Below, piece after piece: positions 58,701 through 63,631 of a stretch of DNA of 64,000 nucleotides. Every line of letters begins with the position of its first letter. The first letter of the stretch is position 1. Position numbers and translations under genes: made by a program. The notes beneath the pieces are model-generated. The model made no database searches, was not told where the DNA came from, and saw nothing but the letters and a program-made list of their open reading frames with translations. The DNA is taken from assembly GCA_022842645.1 (NCBI GenBank), contig JALHPE010000001.1, forward strand, positions 135,711 to 199,710, given 5' to 3'. This DNA comes from Minisyncoccota bacterium. Lineage in GTDB: Bacteria; Patescibacteriota; Minisyncoccia; Phycocordibacterales; UBA2100.

Positions 58701-59798
58701 AAACTCAATCTCAACCTCAAGACTCGCAAGATCATTCCACGATGAGAGGCCTTCGAGTGGGGCGGAAAAATAACCACCATTCGAATCATTTGAAATATCT
58801 CCTGCAAGATACACTTCGCCACTTTCCCGCCACTGCCCGTCCACGAGATAACGAACGACAAGCGTATTATCCGTGTTCTCAGGAATGCGACTCGCAAATG
58901 AAAAGCCAACACGTGCTTCCTTAAACACTTTCTCACGCAAATCTCCCGAGACACCAAATCCGGAAAAGCGCATCGTATAGCACGGCGTACCAAGCGTTAT
59001 ACACGCCGCAACACTGTTTGTAGAAACCACTCCCGACGGCGTGGATGTATCCGTGGTCGTTGCAAACACCGTCGTACCAATGAGCGAGCGAAGGCGCTGC
59101 AAAAATGCATGCGACTGAGAGTTTCGAGCTCCGGTTGTCGTTGCGCTCGACGAGGCAACATCGAGAGAAGGACTCGAGGTCGCCGTTTCTACCGGTTCCG
59201 ATTCCACGGGCTGTATCGGCGACGGCGCAGGAGTTTCCGCTTCAGTGGGTGTAGTTGTGGCTCCCTCCAAAACCGCTTCACTCGACGACGCAATTTCTTT
59301 AAGAATTGCCTCTCCCTCTGCACCCAAAAATGGCACAAGGAGTGGAAGTGGAAGCTCAGGATCAAAGTAATCGCTTGGTGGTGGCTCAGGATTCGGCGTG
59401 AGCGGCGGGAAGACTGGCGCTTCATCGACAACTGGCTCAGGAGTTTCGGGCAAGACCTCATCCTGAACCCCCTCCTCTGCCTCAAGCACAAGTGATGCCG
59501 CCGTGTCAGTGGTGAAATCATCGAAGAGTGCGCGCGGTGCCATATCTTCGCGAAGCGCATTTTCTGCGCCGAGCCAACCAACACTCGCAACATCGGTTGG
59601 GAAAATATGCACCGTGCGCTCAATCCAATACGCACGCACAAGTCCACTCATGAACCATAAAAGTATGCATGCGGAAAGAATTCCGGTTACAACAAAAAAG
59701 ACACGACGAAAGACACTCCGTCGGAGCCAATTACGCAGAGCTGTAATGTGGTTCAACACGAAAACACGGATCCGGGATCCGTAGCGTAATTTTATCAC
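40788..59798 (-). CDS. giant (6336-aa) surface protein: N-terminal signal anchor, Pro-rich linker, His-Thr-His motif region, two Fn3+beta-propeller modules, ~2300 aa of T/S/G-rich beta-helix-like repeats including a tandem triplication, DUF2341/LamG-like C-terminal region, WxL-like C-terminal motif
   Basis: Single uninterrupted 19-kb ORF. WNGxxW/WDGxxW blade-like repeats. Three copies of a ~769-aa unit. C-terminal RWRNDDGGEG...WSKRKRIAIT DUF2341-like segment. Terminus YWGINVPSGTAATLHAGTNTFIATSD. Confidence 0.8.
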   Translation of the reverse strand: MIKLRYGSRIRVFVLNHITALRNWLRRSVFRRVFFVVTGILSACILLWFMSGLVRAYWIERTVHIFPTDVASVGWLGAENALREDMAPRALFDDFTTDTAASLVLEAEEGVQDEVLPETPEPVVDEAPVFPPLTPNPEPPPSDYFDPELPLPLLVPFLGAEGEAILKEIASSSEAVLEGATTTPTEAETPAPSPIQPVESEPVETATSSPSLDVASSSATTTGARNSQSHAFLQRLRSLIGTTVFATTTDTSTPSGVVSTNSVAACITLGTPCYTMRFSGFGVSGDLREKVFKEARVGFSFASRIPENTDNTLVVRYLVDGQWRESGEVYLAGDISNDSNGGYFSAPLEGLSSWNDLASLEVEIEFVRGDTRIPAEIYLDGLWLDTTYRERAQDVLRGEVGDPTVPENVSFTLASARERALSLPDGSQITFAYTDDLDDALFMRADRASYATRRGGSETVVHASITNTGETEEDFALSLALPDGAVRVEQFVRNIASTTEVVIEEDVTYFCETGWDRVRGDRYRCVATEEEHVCSWLNSTRENCLVSDEAVGVHQDVRYYSGWVALETLNERRASARELPPGYAVLADTRKNLTILPGQTLFFRFTIDRAGARPVILAEGSASGDLDTTGLGSERRLRAQAERAERVEQALNEHLSKTEFEADELPTFDFKYNTQRSAPLRFLDRVLGRDSSFTVRAAKLVHESGERIDLPMQAVLGKDGEWRLDFTALPREFKAGRYTLDIQIEEGGRTFGDTVEFFWGILALNTDQSSYMPGEEANLMMAVLDEIGNTVCDADLELSITTPRGEVHDVDIAFSPECGFNNVVEVADYSGLYIPDEEGVYGIELSYYDEDGALAHRLNDSFSVVSSAPFTIRRTGAMRIYPVAEYAMEIEVTAAADFNGEFIESIPESFLVETDAEVRMYGDSKNLVWPLSLKAGESARFRYVYDAPDISPYLYLLGPAEIRADTGMPFNEGRSWKIASDAVGNMLLYWDSTFIPTGWTCVSCLPSDPFYQRFVMGSSTPGVNGGAATHTHSAAGVVAATGATGVADTGGGGADAGLNTHTHTYTPVINSPSNLPPYRHLSIIQHNSTGEPSQIPAGAIAIFDAAVPSGWTRYGAQDGNYIRSEATSTIGSTGGSATHTHTITGNTTAAVGGTNASGAGATVATPTHTHPVSSSTGAVSNEPPFIEVILGKLNATSSPRNGMIAMWSGDPSVGWGTVSSTSEQFANRFLKASTTFGGTGGSATHTHTDMIGIISGTSSATVSRTTTGTSNSTGAHTHSVNVTAFSTTDHQPPFRTAVFAKRAGGATPPGPTLHDILFDNEKTGSSTPYFEFTTNDPDGTDALIYQIQWDDDADLETSPLGNRSSDNETGCSPNCFENRTTPADTSPFTEAERIRFSIQSSLTAGTTYYWRVRARESESVTWGAWATTSSFTYVPNTSPSQWFQTKDAQFDTNTLSSIETYGGDSARLSLAAPSEVLAAYGEGVVQTPRYRFWDGTVWSAEASAQNVGGTVQWIVTKGAPTRDEYVLGTQDGSADVNVQVFNGSTDTWGNLQEVTTSVASTSLRGFDIAYETQSGDAIVVYCDGDADPAYHTWNGTSWTSGGTINLGSANNCEYIKLASDPTSDEIILVARDTGVQYEAQVWNGSAWGNAKTIGSMLETPHEGIGLEYEDSGDQALVTVSNGLSNNFAWTSWNGTEWSINTTQALGDDFEWGRLRADEGTDAMALCYMDNDNDIGVVRWDGNAWSAFSERETGGNTKSGRAVDCAFETTAGRDGYIMIPYADTTNARYQVWDGTSYSAEASISTAEDSWSITTVRAENGVILSFFHDDASGRYDVSSWNGSSWSTRETFDTSPSVTVAPFLQPYDMTQKVFRSGLGTMTGTVIDFDTVPGRPSWGEVIWRTTEPSGTDVKMQVLFESGGSCSTLIPDGVIPGNSTGFDVVASPINLSSISTSTYNRICLRATLSSSNQNTPTLDEWTVSWERQSYLTQIHYRWYVNTSSLTPTDPWPSGGNDVVEDTALTTSFAPSPSDVLRLRLGLLVENVSLSSGDLALRLQYAAGATCSASLSWFDVGGVGSTTAAWRGFDNGSLSDGATIPSVLLSTSDTAETYEESNDSASNPNAVSVGNEGEWDWVLQHNAPNNTSYCFRVVTNGGEAINEYDRYAALTTNSAPGAPTAEAPFDNEAVASTSPWFQFVAEDAESDDVTYQIQIDDDFAFGSPNIDRDSQTNFDDFSNLVTPSDKDPFIPAQSVRFTPPTALVNGTTYYWRVRAKDRNRSNEWSSWSSISSVTIDTSVTISTWRETTLFQFANNTLDDTEATTTGDVVLTPPLTNGTTTGPLIDYDSKTSGNAWGELAWTDNETAGDIKYSIEYYNGTDWVLIPEADLSGNAAGFDTSPVSLLSVSPSTYNEIRVRGVFTNIGGTPRLQDWTIRWGFAVEQPTLFSLFDNEKTATVTPSFTFRSSDPQNDDLIYELSISTTPDFSASTTRNSASHAGFVNTASSTDTSPFVSNNTVRFTLQGADALTNGQTYWWRVRARDPLGANVSSVWSPLRSFTVDTSVIVSTWFETTDEQFDTNRLSDIETNGGSAQITSTIREAFAVYAEGTVQVPRFRLWNGSSWGSELSAASVGDVIRFAEAAAAPTRDEYAIGTQGATGAIDAQVVDGTTDTGGNKARLVNVVPDLTQRGFDVAYETQSGDLLAVACSGTEAVYSVWNGTSWSATSSISLSVSANCEWIKLASDPASDEIILLARDATTGASDYEALVWSGSSWGNSLVFGSQVGVNNEGIALEYEESGNQALAVVSNGANNNFVWSAWNGSSWAATSTVATGNDFSAGRLARDSGSDKLTLCYVDIDADIGYAEWTGSAWGAISEFELTGNSATGRPISCEYETTAGRDSYIMMPYSDTIQAEYVFWNGSILSSASLLTTISDATEVRTARTGDGNILAFAYDDANTEYDFSFWNGSAWSAEQVLETTSITTVTPATIPLDIVARRYPAVTSGSIETSAIAFSDGTGPKWGAITLSRTTPGASTVRVFLDYLTSTSSWAIIPDTDFPGNSVGTTTSPVDISNINRITYNTIRMRAALSCVAGNCPQLNDWTLTWSEGLNISGTAQAYDQSTNLTSGTVHVAVNGILQSGKTGTISGGTWTIPNVTFFTGDTITVFIDGAADSGEAVAITRYDGIGDITNMNLYERHVTLGSSDNQTLSNAQIGQYDNSVSADEDIFFEVDAGNDLSACVVSGCSDVELLVRSGTTYQPDSSSSGNVTTRHIEINGAITADGNSFFVSGNWDNNGVFTKNTSTVVFTATSSSATIDSTSASTSAFHNATFGQTSGNATWTFGSPLDVDNTLSIQHGTTSLGSQPLTIGGNLTIGANGVFAKGSATTTFDGTGTSIWTDSTSLKQDLGRVVIDGTSKTITLGAAAKVTDLTIGADDTFSVDNNYALEVLGNWTNNNAFLAQNGTVTFTATTTGRTITPGNSSFYNLTFNGTGGNWAFSGGVATTTNDFTITNGTVTLPTATTTIGGSFSNAATFMHNNGAVRFNASSAKTITPGSSSFFDMAFDGTGSWSFTSANATSSRHVTISNGTLTLPSGTFAVGGSFAKNGGSFAHNNGTLRLTASGAQTVRLNSSDVYTLTFAGTGSWSFVDTNATVANNLNFENGAATLPGGTLSLGGSLLATSGTFTANSGTLRLTATTTGKTINPGSSSFANVTFDSATGGWTVSSNATTTSAFTITSAASFTQASGTTLSVGGTFTNSVGGTNTTWTGATLSLVSGTSYSLNTKANTGDTYGTLSLGANTDVRMWNSSAGTTTVNATGSLYSQDHAAVDGDLYVWGEYVGSDEYWNYANDFDGTVLSGGSRRAANVRIAPSASVSIGGTLRMLGDAVASTTVANQGSGTFALSVQGTVNAQYYRVRNTDANGFGLYGTTTVTSLAQGDFELGSTGGTMLSLSQGTINQNPALQIQQVRFATSTGVSSGFNVTATGTPISYVWFRNHYGNYASEAYDSDLGGNPGFVRFDDSGFSITVSGNVYSDRGTTAIGAPCDGTTPVVKIAVGGGTYSGSCNAGSGAFSISGVEFTGDAVLTAFLDTNGGKRAVTVTKTPTGNLSGFHLYERALILRHEDVTPISVADLVSYDADNDSDVFFSAATGSPNTLVVQPENELYVWGGKTFTPGGNVTLQSGGSGDARDGRFALGASAVFTAAGSQSHSVGGGFVTESGATFTSASSTFTFTATTTGKSINAASAMSFNNLVFNGGGGWSFDGAQLTANNMFQISSGTISGTGNVVAAAGVTGNGTIAMTSGTFTLGAGSFGGSSAWIFNNLTFGSGTGSSTKAGTGTTTITNVLRIESGRTLEAGTSPWVLAGSGTPFSIAGTFTVQSAPFFYTGTTTTNIADTTYSALALAPSVGGTPSYVFMGGILSASSVTIGGANPVSLTANTNDPSITVSGNLSIGSSSTFIASNTGALQVGGSWTNSGTFTHSGGTVTFNSNDTGETISTGGSSFANVTINNAAGGWTINSNATTTSAFTLTSAASFTQASGTTLSVGGTFTNSVGGAATTWTGSTLSLVSGTSYSLNTKANTGDTYGTLSIASNTDVRMWNSSAATTNVNATGSLYSQDHAAQDGDLFIWGEYTRSTGADYWSYATDFDGTALGGSGRQVDVRVASSSSLSFTGGVLDIIGTTTASTTLAVQGSGAFSFALSGGTLSATHYELRNLDANGLALSGSPTISALADGYLELSVNGGSLMTVAGSVINANPLKTFMRVGFATSSGISSGTNVRATGTSASSWKFNLHYGSLYGESYDDDPAGDPGYLRWDDSASDITITGNVYSDEGTTVSTVCDGSTPVVRLLIEGGSPQTSSCNAGTGAFNFSSVFFNPGDTLTLYLDTNGGRKAVNVSSDPITNISDMHLYENRVIVRHEDTSPLTIASMAVYDSDNDTDIIFNATDAATDTLVLPPETKLIVWDTKTFAPAGNITLQSGGSGSAWDGSLRVKSSASLLFAGTQTHTIGGNFELDSGATFTAANSTVTFTATTTGKTINPQSSSFYNLTFNGSGGNWSFSTSTITTASDLTITNGTVTLATATTTVGGSFGNTGGTFMHNNGAVVLNATTTGKTIRANGSNFALLVASSTAGSWTFLDTNATSTSFTINAGVVTLPSGTLALGASFDAQGGTFTNAAGTLRFTSSVSNRTIRAGSSAFYNIRFDGTGSWAFLDTNVSVNDMTWVQGSTTLAVGTTTMTGSLNASAGTFNAPSGTLRLTATTTGKTINPGSSSFANVTFDSATGGWTINSNATTTSAFTLTSAASFTQASGTTLSVGGTFTNSVGGAATTWTGSTLSLVSGTSYSLNTKANTGDTYGTLSIASNTDVRMWNSSAATTNVNATGSLYSQDHAAQDGDLFIWGEYTRSTGADYWSYATDFDGTALGGSGRQVDVRVASSSSVAFSGGTLAIVGQAGATSTVRVQGTGRYAFSLAGGTLNASYYEFRNTNTSGVSISGTPTISSLSNGDFELDLTGGAMLTLAGTAIDANASLQISNVRFATSSGVSSGTNVTRTGTPVSAWTFIDSQGNFDGEAYDSDGVDDCGAVRWSDSACLFVSQEHFRWRNDDGGEGVPTSEWFNAAWSKRKRIAITNNAASAVSNLPVKIELAYDADMQADFDDLRFTDSTGTTTVPFWVESVSASATSTVWVRVPSLPASGSALVYVYYGNGSASSASDGDGTFGFFDDFEDDNISEYSGDTSTFDVDTSFNKHGSYGLDAGANVDDRTTSGIRRTGSLMAQGETIRFFQYVDASFDDEPCTYFAVQGSAQNYAVCLDQFPSDRLIIAENVTSNDGSGTVLASTTVSYTTGWYEVEVDWLSGNTIEAYVYTDSGTLFATASTTDSSYTSGGAGFGFWGQHGGWDSYMTRPYISADPSYIVGLEQSSNGATWKAAEDATLLGQAINQNIRLRFSVLNTGSPLSGQLFRLQVAPKGASLNCESVPSVNYNDVPVAGSCGSSPACMKSSSNFVDQDTTAGLLSYPANKSFVAGRMVEDSSNQSASSSVPTNAATEIEYNFELTSNAVQNSYCFRSTNGGIAFDNYAQVAEAVLLHTPQISGFTLNGANNIALTEGATTTISATGTVSDLNGFADILSSTSTFYRSGVGPQCSADFNSCYPPGETICSLSNCSGNSCTISCSASIYYFADATDAGSSFAAENWLSRVQVTDASGASDVETPIGVEMLTLFGLSLDTSGINFGSLEVGQNTGTTNATTTLRNTGNTNIDIQLSGTNLTDGSSSIAVGEQKFATTTFAYSACAICQFLTGSAANLELDLPKPTSTSTPITDELYWGINVPSGTAATLHAGTNTFIATSD
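43000..50300 (-). repeat. three tandem ~2.3-kb intragenic repeats within the giant gene; two copies near-identical, one diverged
   Basis: Identical shadow ORFs 43403-43663 / 45710-45970 and 43807-44235 / 46114-46590 at a 2307-nt period. Third related copy starting near 48454 (~2376-nt offset). A ~180-aa protein block recurs twice verbatim. Confidence 0.7.
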
Positions 59799-59846
59799 CC
59801 CAATCGCATGAAAAGGGGCATAATTCCTTGTGTTTTGGGGTCAATG

Positions 59847-61289
59847 TTACTGTCCCCTCACCTTCTTCTTCAGATCCTCGATACTGGTATCCACCAGCTC
59901 CTCTGAAATATCCAGAACTTCCTTGATTTTCTCGAGAAAATCGCGCTCTGTGGGGGTTAACTGTGGCTTTTCGTCAAAATCGTTCACCATTTGCTCAAAT
60001 TCTTCACGCATGGCCGAGAACACTTTGTCGTTTTTGTCGCGCACTTCTAAGACGGACTGAAGGAGTCGTGCCTTCTCTTCCTCCACTCGCTTCTTGGCGT
60101 AGTATTGCGAGGTACCCAATCCCCCAATCACGAGCGCAAAGAGGATGGTGAGAATGCGCTCAATCGTCCAGATTTTGTTTTCTACTGGCGGCGGCTCTCC
60201 TCCTTTCGTGGGCTTCACGACTTTCGGAAGTTCAAGATCTTTCTGTGCACTCTGCGCATTCCCCGCTTTATCAATTGCCTTGATGGTCACTTTCTGCATA
60301 CCCCCCTCTTGCGGCGGCACAGGGATTAAACCGCCGGCGATGTCTCCTGCTTTGACGGTAAGAACAGTATCCTCTCCAAAAATAATTTCATACCGATCAA
60401 GTCCAGAGAGTTCATCGGTGGTTTCAACGCCAAAGCTCGGCTTCTCTCCATCAACAAGACGTATCTCAAATTCTTTTGGTGGCACAGTATCAATCTGCAC
60501 TTTGCGCACTCCCTGATCTCCCCACCCAAACTCGTTTTTATACTGCGCATGAAAGAACCAGACACCATCCCCTGGTGCAACCACCACCTGAGACGTTGCG
60601 GTCTTTTGATCTTGCAACGATGTAGGTTGTACTATCTCGACATCACTCAGAAGTGTGCGTGTACCAGTAACGTCAACTGTCGGTCTCCACGAAAACGCAA
60701 TGGTGGTTGTACCATACCAATTCTCTGGCTTTGAGTGTGTCGAAGAATTAATAATCGGAGCGATAGGGATGATGCCATCTCCACCTCCACCAGTCTCTTC
60801 GGCAGAACCCTCTCCTGCAGGTCCGATTGTGAGCGTTGCGGTACCACCTTTCTCATACACATCAGTACCCTTGCCGTCCGCCGCCAAGACCGCGCCTTTC
60901 GTAAACGAAAGTGCCGCACTTCCCTCTTTTTTTGGTGTAAAAACGATCGAGATTACAGTGCCACTATTTGAAAACGCGGTCGGCGTACCACCGCTAAACG
61001 AAACGGTACCCGCTGAATTTGAAAACGCAGGCTCAGCCGTCCAGAGAGAAAACGCAGAGCCGTCTTTGCTGATACGCGCAACAGAAAGTGCCGAAGCATC
61101 AAATGAAACCGTACCATCGGCCGCATTCACACTCTTTCCCTTCGGATCAAGGGTGACTTTCACCGTAAACTCCGCTCCATTTGGAAACGTGCCGCTCGGG
61201 GGAGAAAAATTGAGTTCCGCTGCGCCTGATGCAAAAGGAAAGAGAAACGCAAACGCGAGCACTGTCCGTGCAAAGAGCCGGCTTCCCAT
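59847..61289 (-). CDS. membrane-anchored cohesin-like scaffold protein with C-terminal cytoplasmic coiled-coil
   Basis: Signal peptide. AEFTVKVTLDPKGKSVNAADGTVSFDASALSVARISKDGSAFSLW...GTVSFSGG cohesin-like module. Ig-like middle. TM ILTILFALVIGGLG. Charged helical tail. Confidence 0.5.
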   Translation of the reverse strand: MGSRLFARTVLAFAFLFPFASGAAELNFSPPSGTFPNGAEFTVKVTLDPKGKSVNAADGTVSFDASALSVARISKDGSAFSLWTAEPAFSNSAGTVSFSGGTPTAFSNSGTVISIVFTPKKEGSAALSFTKGAVLAADGKGTDVYEKGGTATLTIGPAGEGSAEETGGGGDGIIPIAPIINSSTHSKPENWYGTTTIAFSWRPTVDVTGTRTLLSDVEIVQPTSLQDQKTATSQVVVAPGDGVWFFHAQYKNEFGWGDQGVRKVQIDTVPPKEFEIRLVDGEKPSFGVETTDELSGLDRYEIIFGEDTVLTVKAGDIAGGLIPVPPQEGGMQKVTIKAIDKAGNAQSAQKDLELPKVVKPTKGGEPPPVENKIWTIERILTILFALVIGGLGTSQYYAKKRVEEEKARLLQSVLEVRDKNDKVFSAMREEFEQMVNDFDEKPQLTPTERDFLEKIKEVLDISEELVDTSIEDLKKKVRGQ

Positions 61290-61338
61290 GTGTGTATCGT
61301 AGCGGTATTTTGGGGCTTTAGGAAACAAGACGTGTGGA

Positions 61339-61818
61339 CTAAACCTCTTTGATTGCAATGCGAATACCACGATCGCTTGAGTGTTTGAGTGGGAGATGCA
61401 GCATCAAGACCCCCTCTTTCATCACGGCCTCTGTCTTTACAGGATCCACTTCTGCGGGGAGTATGATTTGGCGATAAAATTTGCCCCACGAACATTCAGA
61501 GAGCACTTGCTCCATGTGCTCTTGCGCAACGCCGTTTTCAAAATGTGCGAGCTCAGGACGTGTGCGCTCGCCCTTGATAGTCACAATGTCGCCATCACCC
61601 TCAATCTGCACCGTATATTGCTGGATATTCGCCCCTGCGATCTGTGCGTAAATTACAATCGTGCTCTGTGTTTGAAAAATATCCACCCTGAGTTGCTCCG
61701 CAACAGCCGCAGGCTCCTCGGGTGGCTTGTTTTGCATCGCAATCTTCTCCTGCTTTGCATCTTCAGGATTCGATGGCACGAGATCTTTTTTCTTGAGACG
61801 ATCAAGGAATGAGGACAT
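61339..61818 (-). CDS. small heat-shock protein, Hsp20/alpha-crystallin family
   Basis: Alpha-crystallin domain pattern (VDIFQT...IVIYAQIAG...VQIEGD...ITIKGER...GKFYRQIILPAEVD...EGVLMLHLPL). 159 aa. Confidence 0.8.
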   Translation of the reverse strand: MSSFLDRLKKKDLVPSNPEDAKQEKIAMQNKPPEEPAAVAEQLRVDIFQTQSTIVIYAQIAGANIQQYTVQIEGDGDIVTIKGERTRPELAHFENGVAQEHMEQVLSECSWGKFYRQIILPAEVDPVKTEAVMKEGVLMLHLPLKHSSDRGIRIAIKEV

Positions 61819-61896
61819 AGCGCGGTTTCCCTACCGGTCTTTGCATCATACCGTCGTTTCTCTCATTTCGCCCGCGTTTTAATGTGGATAGCCTCT

Positions 61897-62451
61897 TCAT
61901 TCTTTCTTAAGACCAGGCAATATCTCAATCCGCGTAAATGGAAACAACCGCACAATCGGTCGCCCTAAAAGATATCTCTCCTTCACCGGCCCCCACACTC
62001 TCGAATCCGAACTCGCTTCGCGGCTATCGCCGAGTACAAAGTATTCATCTCCCGTAAGACTAATTGATGAATCTTCCTTCATCGCACCATTTCGATACGG
62101 CTCGTCCAAAATAATTGCTTCATCTCCCGCGCCAATCTTTACTTCCCCACCCTCAATCCGCACGGTTTCCCCTGGAAGCCCGATCACGCGCTTAATAAAG
62201 TACGTCGAAGGATCGAGCGGATATTTAAATACAATCACGTCACCTCGCCCCGGCTTTTCGGTGCGATACGTAAGGCGATCGATGATGAGATAGTCATGCG
62301 CATTGAAGGTAGGTACCATCGATGCGCCTGAGACGATAAATGGTTGCGCCACAAAGTAGCGAAACGGCGTCACGATTGCAAAAACAACAAACACAAACCC
62401 CAGAATGCGCCCGGTACGTGTCATCCACTGCGGATATACCACCTCGTTCAT
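61897..62451 (-). CDS. lepB: signal peptidase I
   Basis: N-terminal TM. SGASMVPTF catalytic Ser box. GDVIVFKYP and IKRVIGLPGETV boxes. C-terminal GDSREASSDSR box. Confidence 0.85.
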   Translation of the reverse strand: MNEVVYPQWMTRTGRILGFVFVVFAIVTPFRYFVAQPFIVSGASMVPTFNAHDYLIIDRLTYRTEKPGRGDVIVFKYPLDPSTYFIKRVIGLPGETVRIEGGEVKIGAGDEAIILDEPYRNGAMKEDSSISLTGDEYFVLGDSREASSDSRVWGPVKERYLLGRPIVRLFPFTRIEILPGLKKE

Positions 62452-62505
62452 TGGGGTAGTATACCTTTTAGGCGGTGGACTTGGTCAGGAACACTTTATA
62501 TAAAG

Positions 62506-62550
62506 AAAAATGACTGTCTACAGAATGCGCTATAGACAGTCATTTCTTAT
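62506..62550 (-). terminator. rho-independent (bidirectional-looking) terminator between the VOC gene and lepB
   Basis: Perfect 10-bp stem TGACTGTCTA/TAGACAGTCA with 12-nt loop, flanked by A5 upstream and a T-rich tract downstream (T-tracts on both strands). Confidence 0.5.
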
Positions 62551-62894
62551 TTCTTCTGGATCAAAAGCACGTCGCGTCCATCAGGATCGTTAATATAAAC
62601 GAACTTTGAATCCTCAGTATCCCGAACCGGCATTTTTGCCTCAATCTGAAATCGTGAAGCCACTTCCAACGCCACTTCAATTGAGTCGACATTGATCATC
62701 AAAGCGTCACGTGCAAAGACGGGTGAACGAAGATATATTTCTAGCACGATTTCATCTGACATTGGAGCGACCTCATAGTGAAGTGGTCCGCCGTGCTGAT
62801 GTTCATATACTCCGAGTCCTAGTTCTGCGTAGAAGCGCGCAGTTTCGTGCCGATTAGCGGCACGAAATACCATCCCAGCGATACTCGCCACCAT
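62547..62894 (-). CDS. VOC/glyoxalase-family small protein
   Basis: 115 aa. ARFYAELGL...HGGPLHYE...VYINDPDGRDVLL pattern of the glyoxalase/bleomycin-resistance fold. Confidence 0.5.
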   Translation of the reverse strand: MVASIAGMVFRAANRHETARFYAELGLGVYEHQHGGPLHYEVAPMSDEIVLEIYLRSPVFARDALMINVDSIEVALEVASRFQIEAKMPVRDTEDSKFVYINDPDGRDVLLIQKK

Positions 62895-63011
62895 GTCGAT
62901 TCCTCCTCGAGAGAGCCGCCTGGAGACAATAAATCCTAAAATTCTTTAAAAAGCAAATAAGTGCAAGATTGCTGATGGACATCATGTGTCCGTCCTGTGC
63001 CCTTCTTAGCT

Positions 63012-63047
63012 CCACACAAAACGACTGCCCGGAGACAGTCGTTTTGT
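63012..63047 (-). terminator. rho-independent terminator downstream of tRNA-Asp
   Basis: Minus-strand transcript ACAAAACGACUG-UCUCCGGG-CAGUCGUUUUGU followed by U-rich GUGUGG. Confidence 0.45.
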
Positions 63048-63053
63048 TATTTG

Positions 63054-63127
63054 CGCGAGTGAAGGGACTCGAACCCTCGACCTTCCCCGTGACAGGGGGA
63101 CGCTCTAACCAACTGAGCTACACCCGC
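63054..63127 (-). tRNA. tRNA-Asp(GUC), CCA not encoded
   Basis: GCGGGUG-UA-GCUC-AGUUGGUU-AGAGC-G-UCCCC-CUGUCAC-GGGGA-AGGUC-GAGGG-UUCGAGU-CCCUU-CACUCGC-G. Anticodon GUC. Confidence 0.8.
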
Positions 63128-63145
63128 AATACAGGGCACTCTATC

Positions 63146-63400
63146 TCACTTTCCCCCTCTTTTCAAACCGATCACATCCCTCACCACATCCACCCCCGAA
63201 ACAAGCCCCCACACCGCATTCGTGATCATGAAGGGCACCGCATCAAGATGATATGCATACGCGAAAAGCCCAAGCGCTGAAATGAAATTGAAAAGGTCAT
63301 ACCAGATACTTTCGCTTGAGAGCTTCCCCCATTCATTCGCAACGAACGCAAAGAGAAGTAGTCCCGCAGAAGCAATTCCCAGAAGCTCAATGGGTTCCAT
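63146..63400 (-). CDS. hypothetical small membrane protein (start at internal Met MEPIELL)
   Basis: Two to three hydrophobic helices. Lies between two tRNA genes. Confidence 0.3.
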   Translation of the reverse strand: MEPIELLGIASAGLLLFAFVANEWGKLSSESIWYDLFNFISALGLFAYAYHLDAVPFMITNAVWGLVSGVDVVRDVIGLKRGGK

Positions 63401-63504
63401 ACACAAAGTATACGATGCATTTTGAGAAAAGTATGAAAACCTTAGGTTTTCATACAAAAGGAGTCGCGCAGCGATTGTTGGAAAACCGAGAGTTTCCAAG
63501 ATTG

Positions 63505-63578
63505 TGTCGGGGGAGAGGCTCGAACTCTCGACCTAGCGCTTATGAAACGCTCGCTCTAACCAACTGAGCTACCCCGAC
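63505..63578 (-). tRNA. tRNA-Met(CAU) elongator-type (or tRNA-Ile2 if lysidinylated), CCA not encoded
   Basis: GUCGGGG-UA-GCUC-AGUUGGUU-AGAGC-G-AGCGU-UUCAUAA-GCGCU-AGGUC-GAGAG-UUCGAGC-CUCUC-CCCCGAC-A. Anticodon CAU. G1-C72 paired, so not an initiator. Confidence 0.8.
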
Positions 63579-63631
63579 AAGAGGTAAACAGAGTGAGGAT
63601 AGCCTATTGCGGGGGCAATTTCAATTGGCAA

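Noticed and set aside
19552-59798. Numerous 60-300-aa ORFs antisense or out-of-frame inside the two giant genes (e.g. 23636-24283, 25694-26488, 42128-42904, 48454-49374, 53093-53635, 58292-58993).
   Set aside because: Typical shadow ORFs of GC-rich, repeat-rich coding DNA; their translations are Arg/Pro/Ala-rich low complexity, and the long sense ORFs are continuous.
10797-61289. Searched the surface island for a dedicated secretion or pilus machine (secretin, T2SS/T4P ATPase, sortase, T7SS/T9SS components).
   Set aside because: None of these signatures were seen; only signal peptidase I (61897-62451) and the MacB-type ABC pair are nearby, so no secretion-system claim is made.
63054-63127. 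First reading of the tRNA at 63054-63127 gave anticodon UCA (a UGA-decoding tRNA, suggestive of Sec or genetic code 4/25).
   Set aside because: Recounting the C-run shows anticodon stem UCCCC/GGGGA with loop CUGUCAC, so the anticodon is GUC (ordinary tRNA-Asp).
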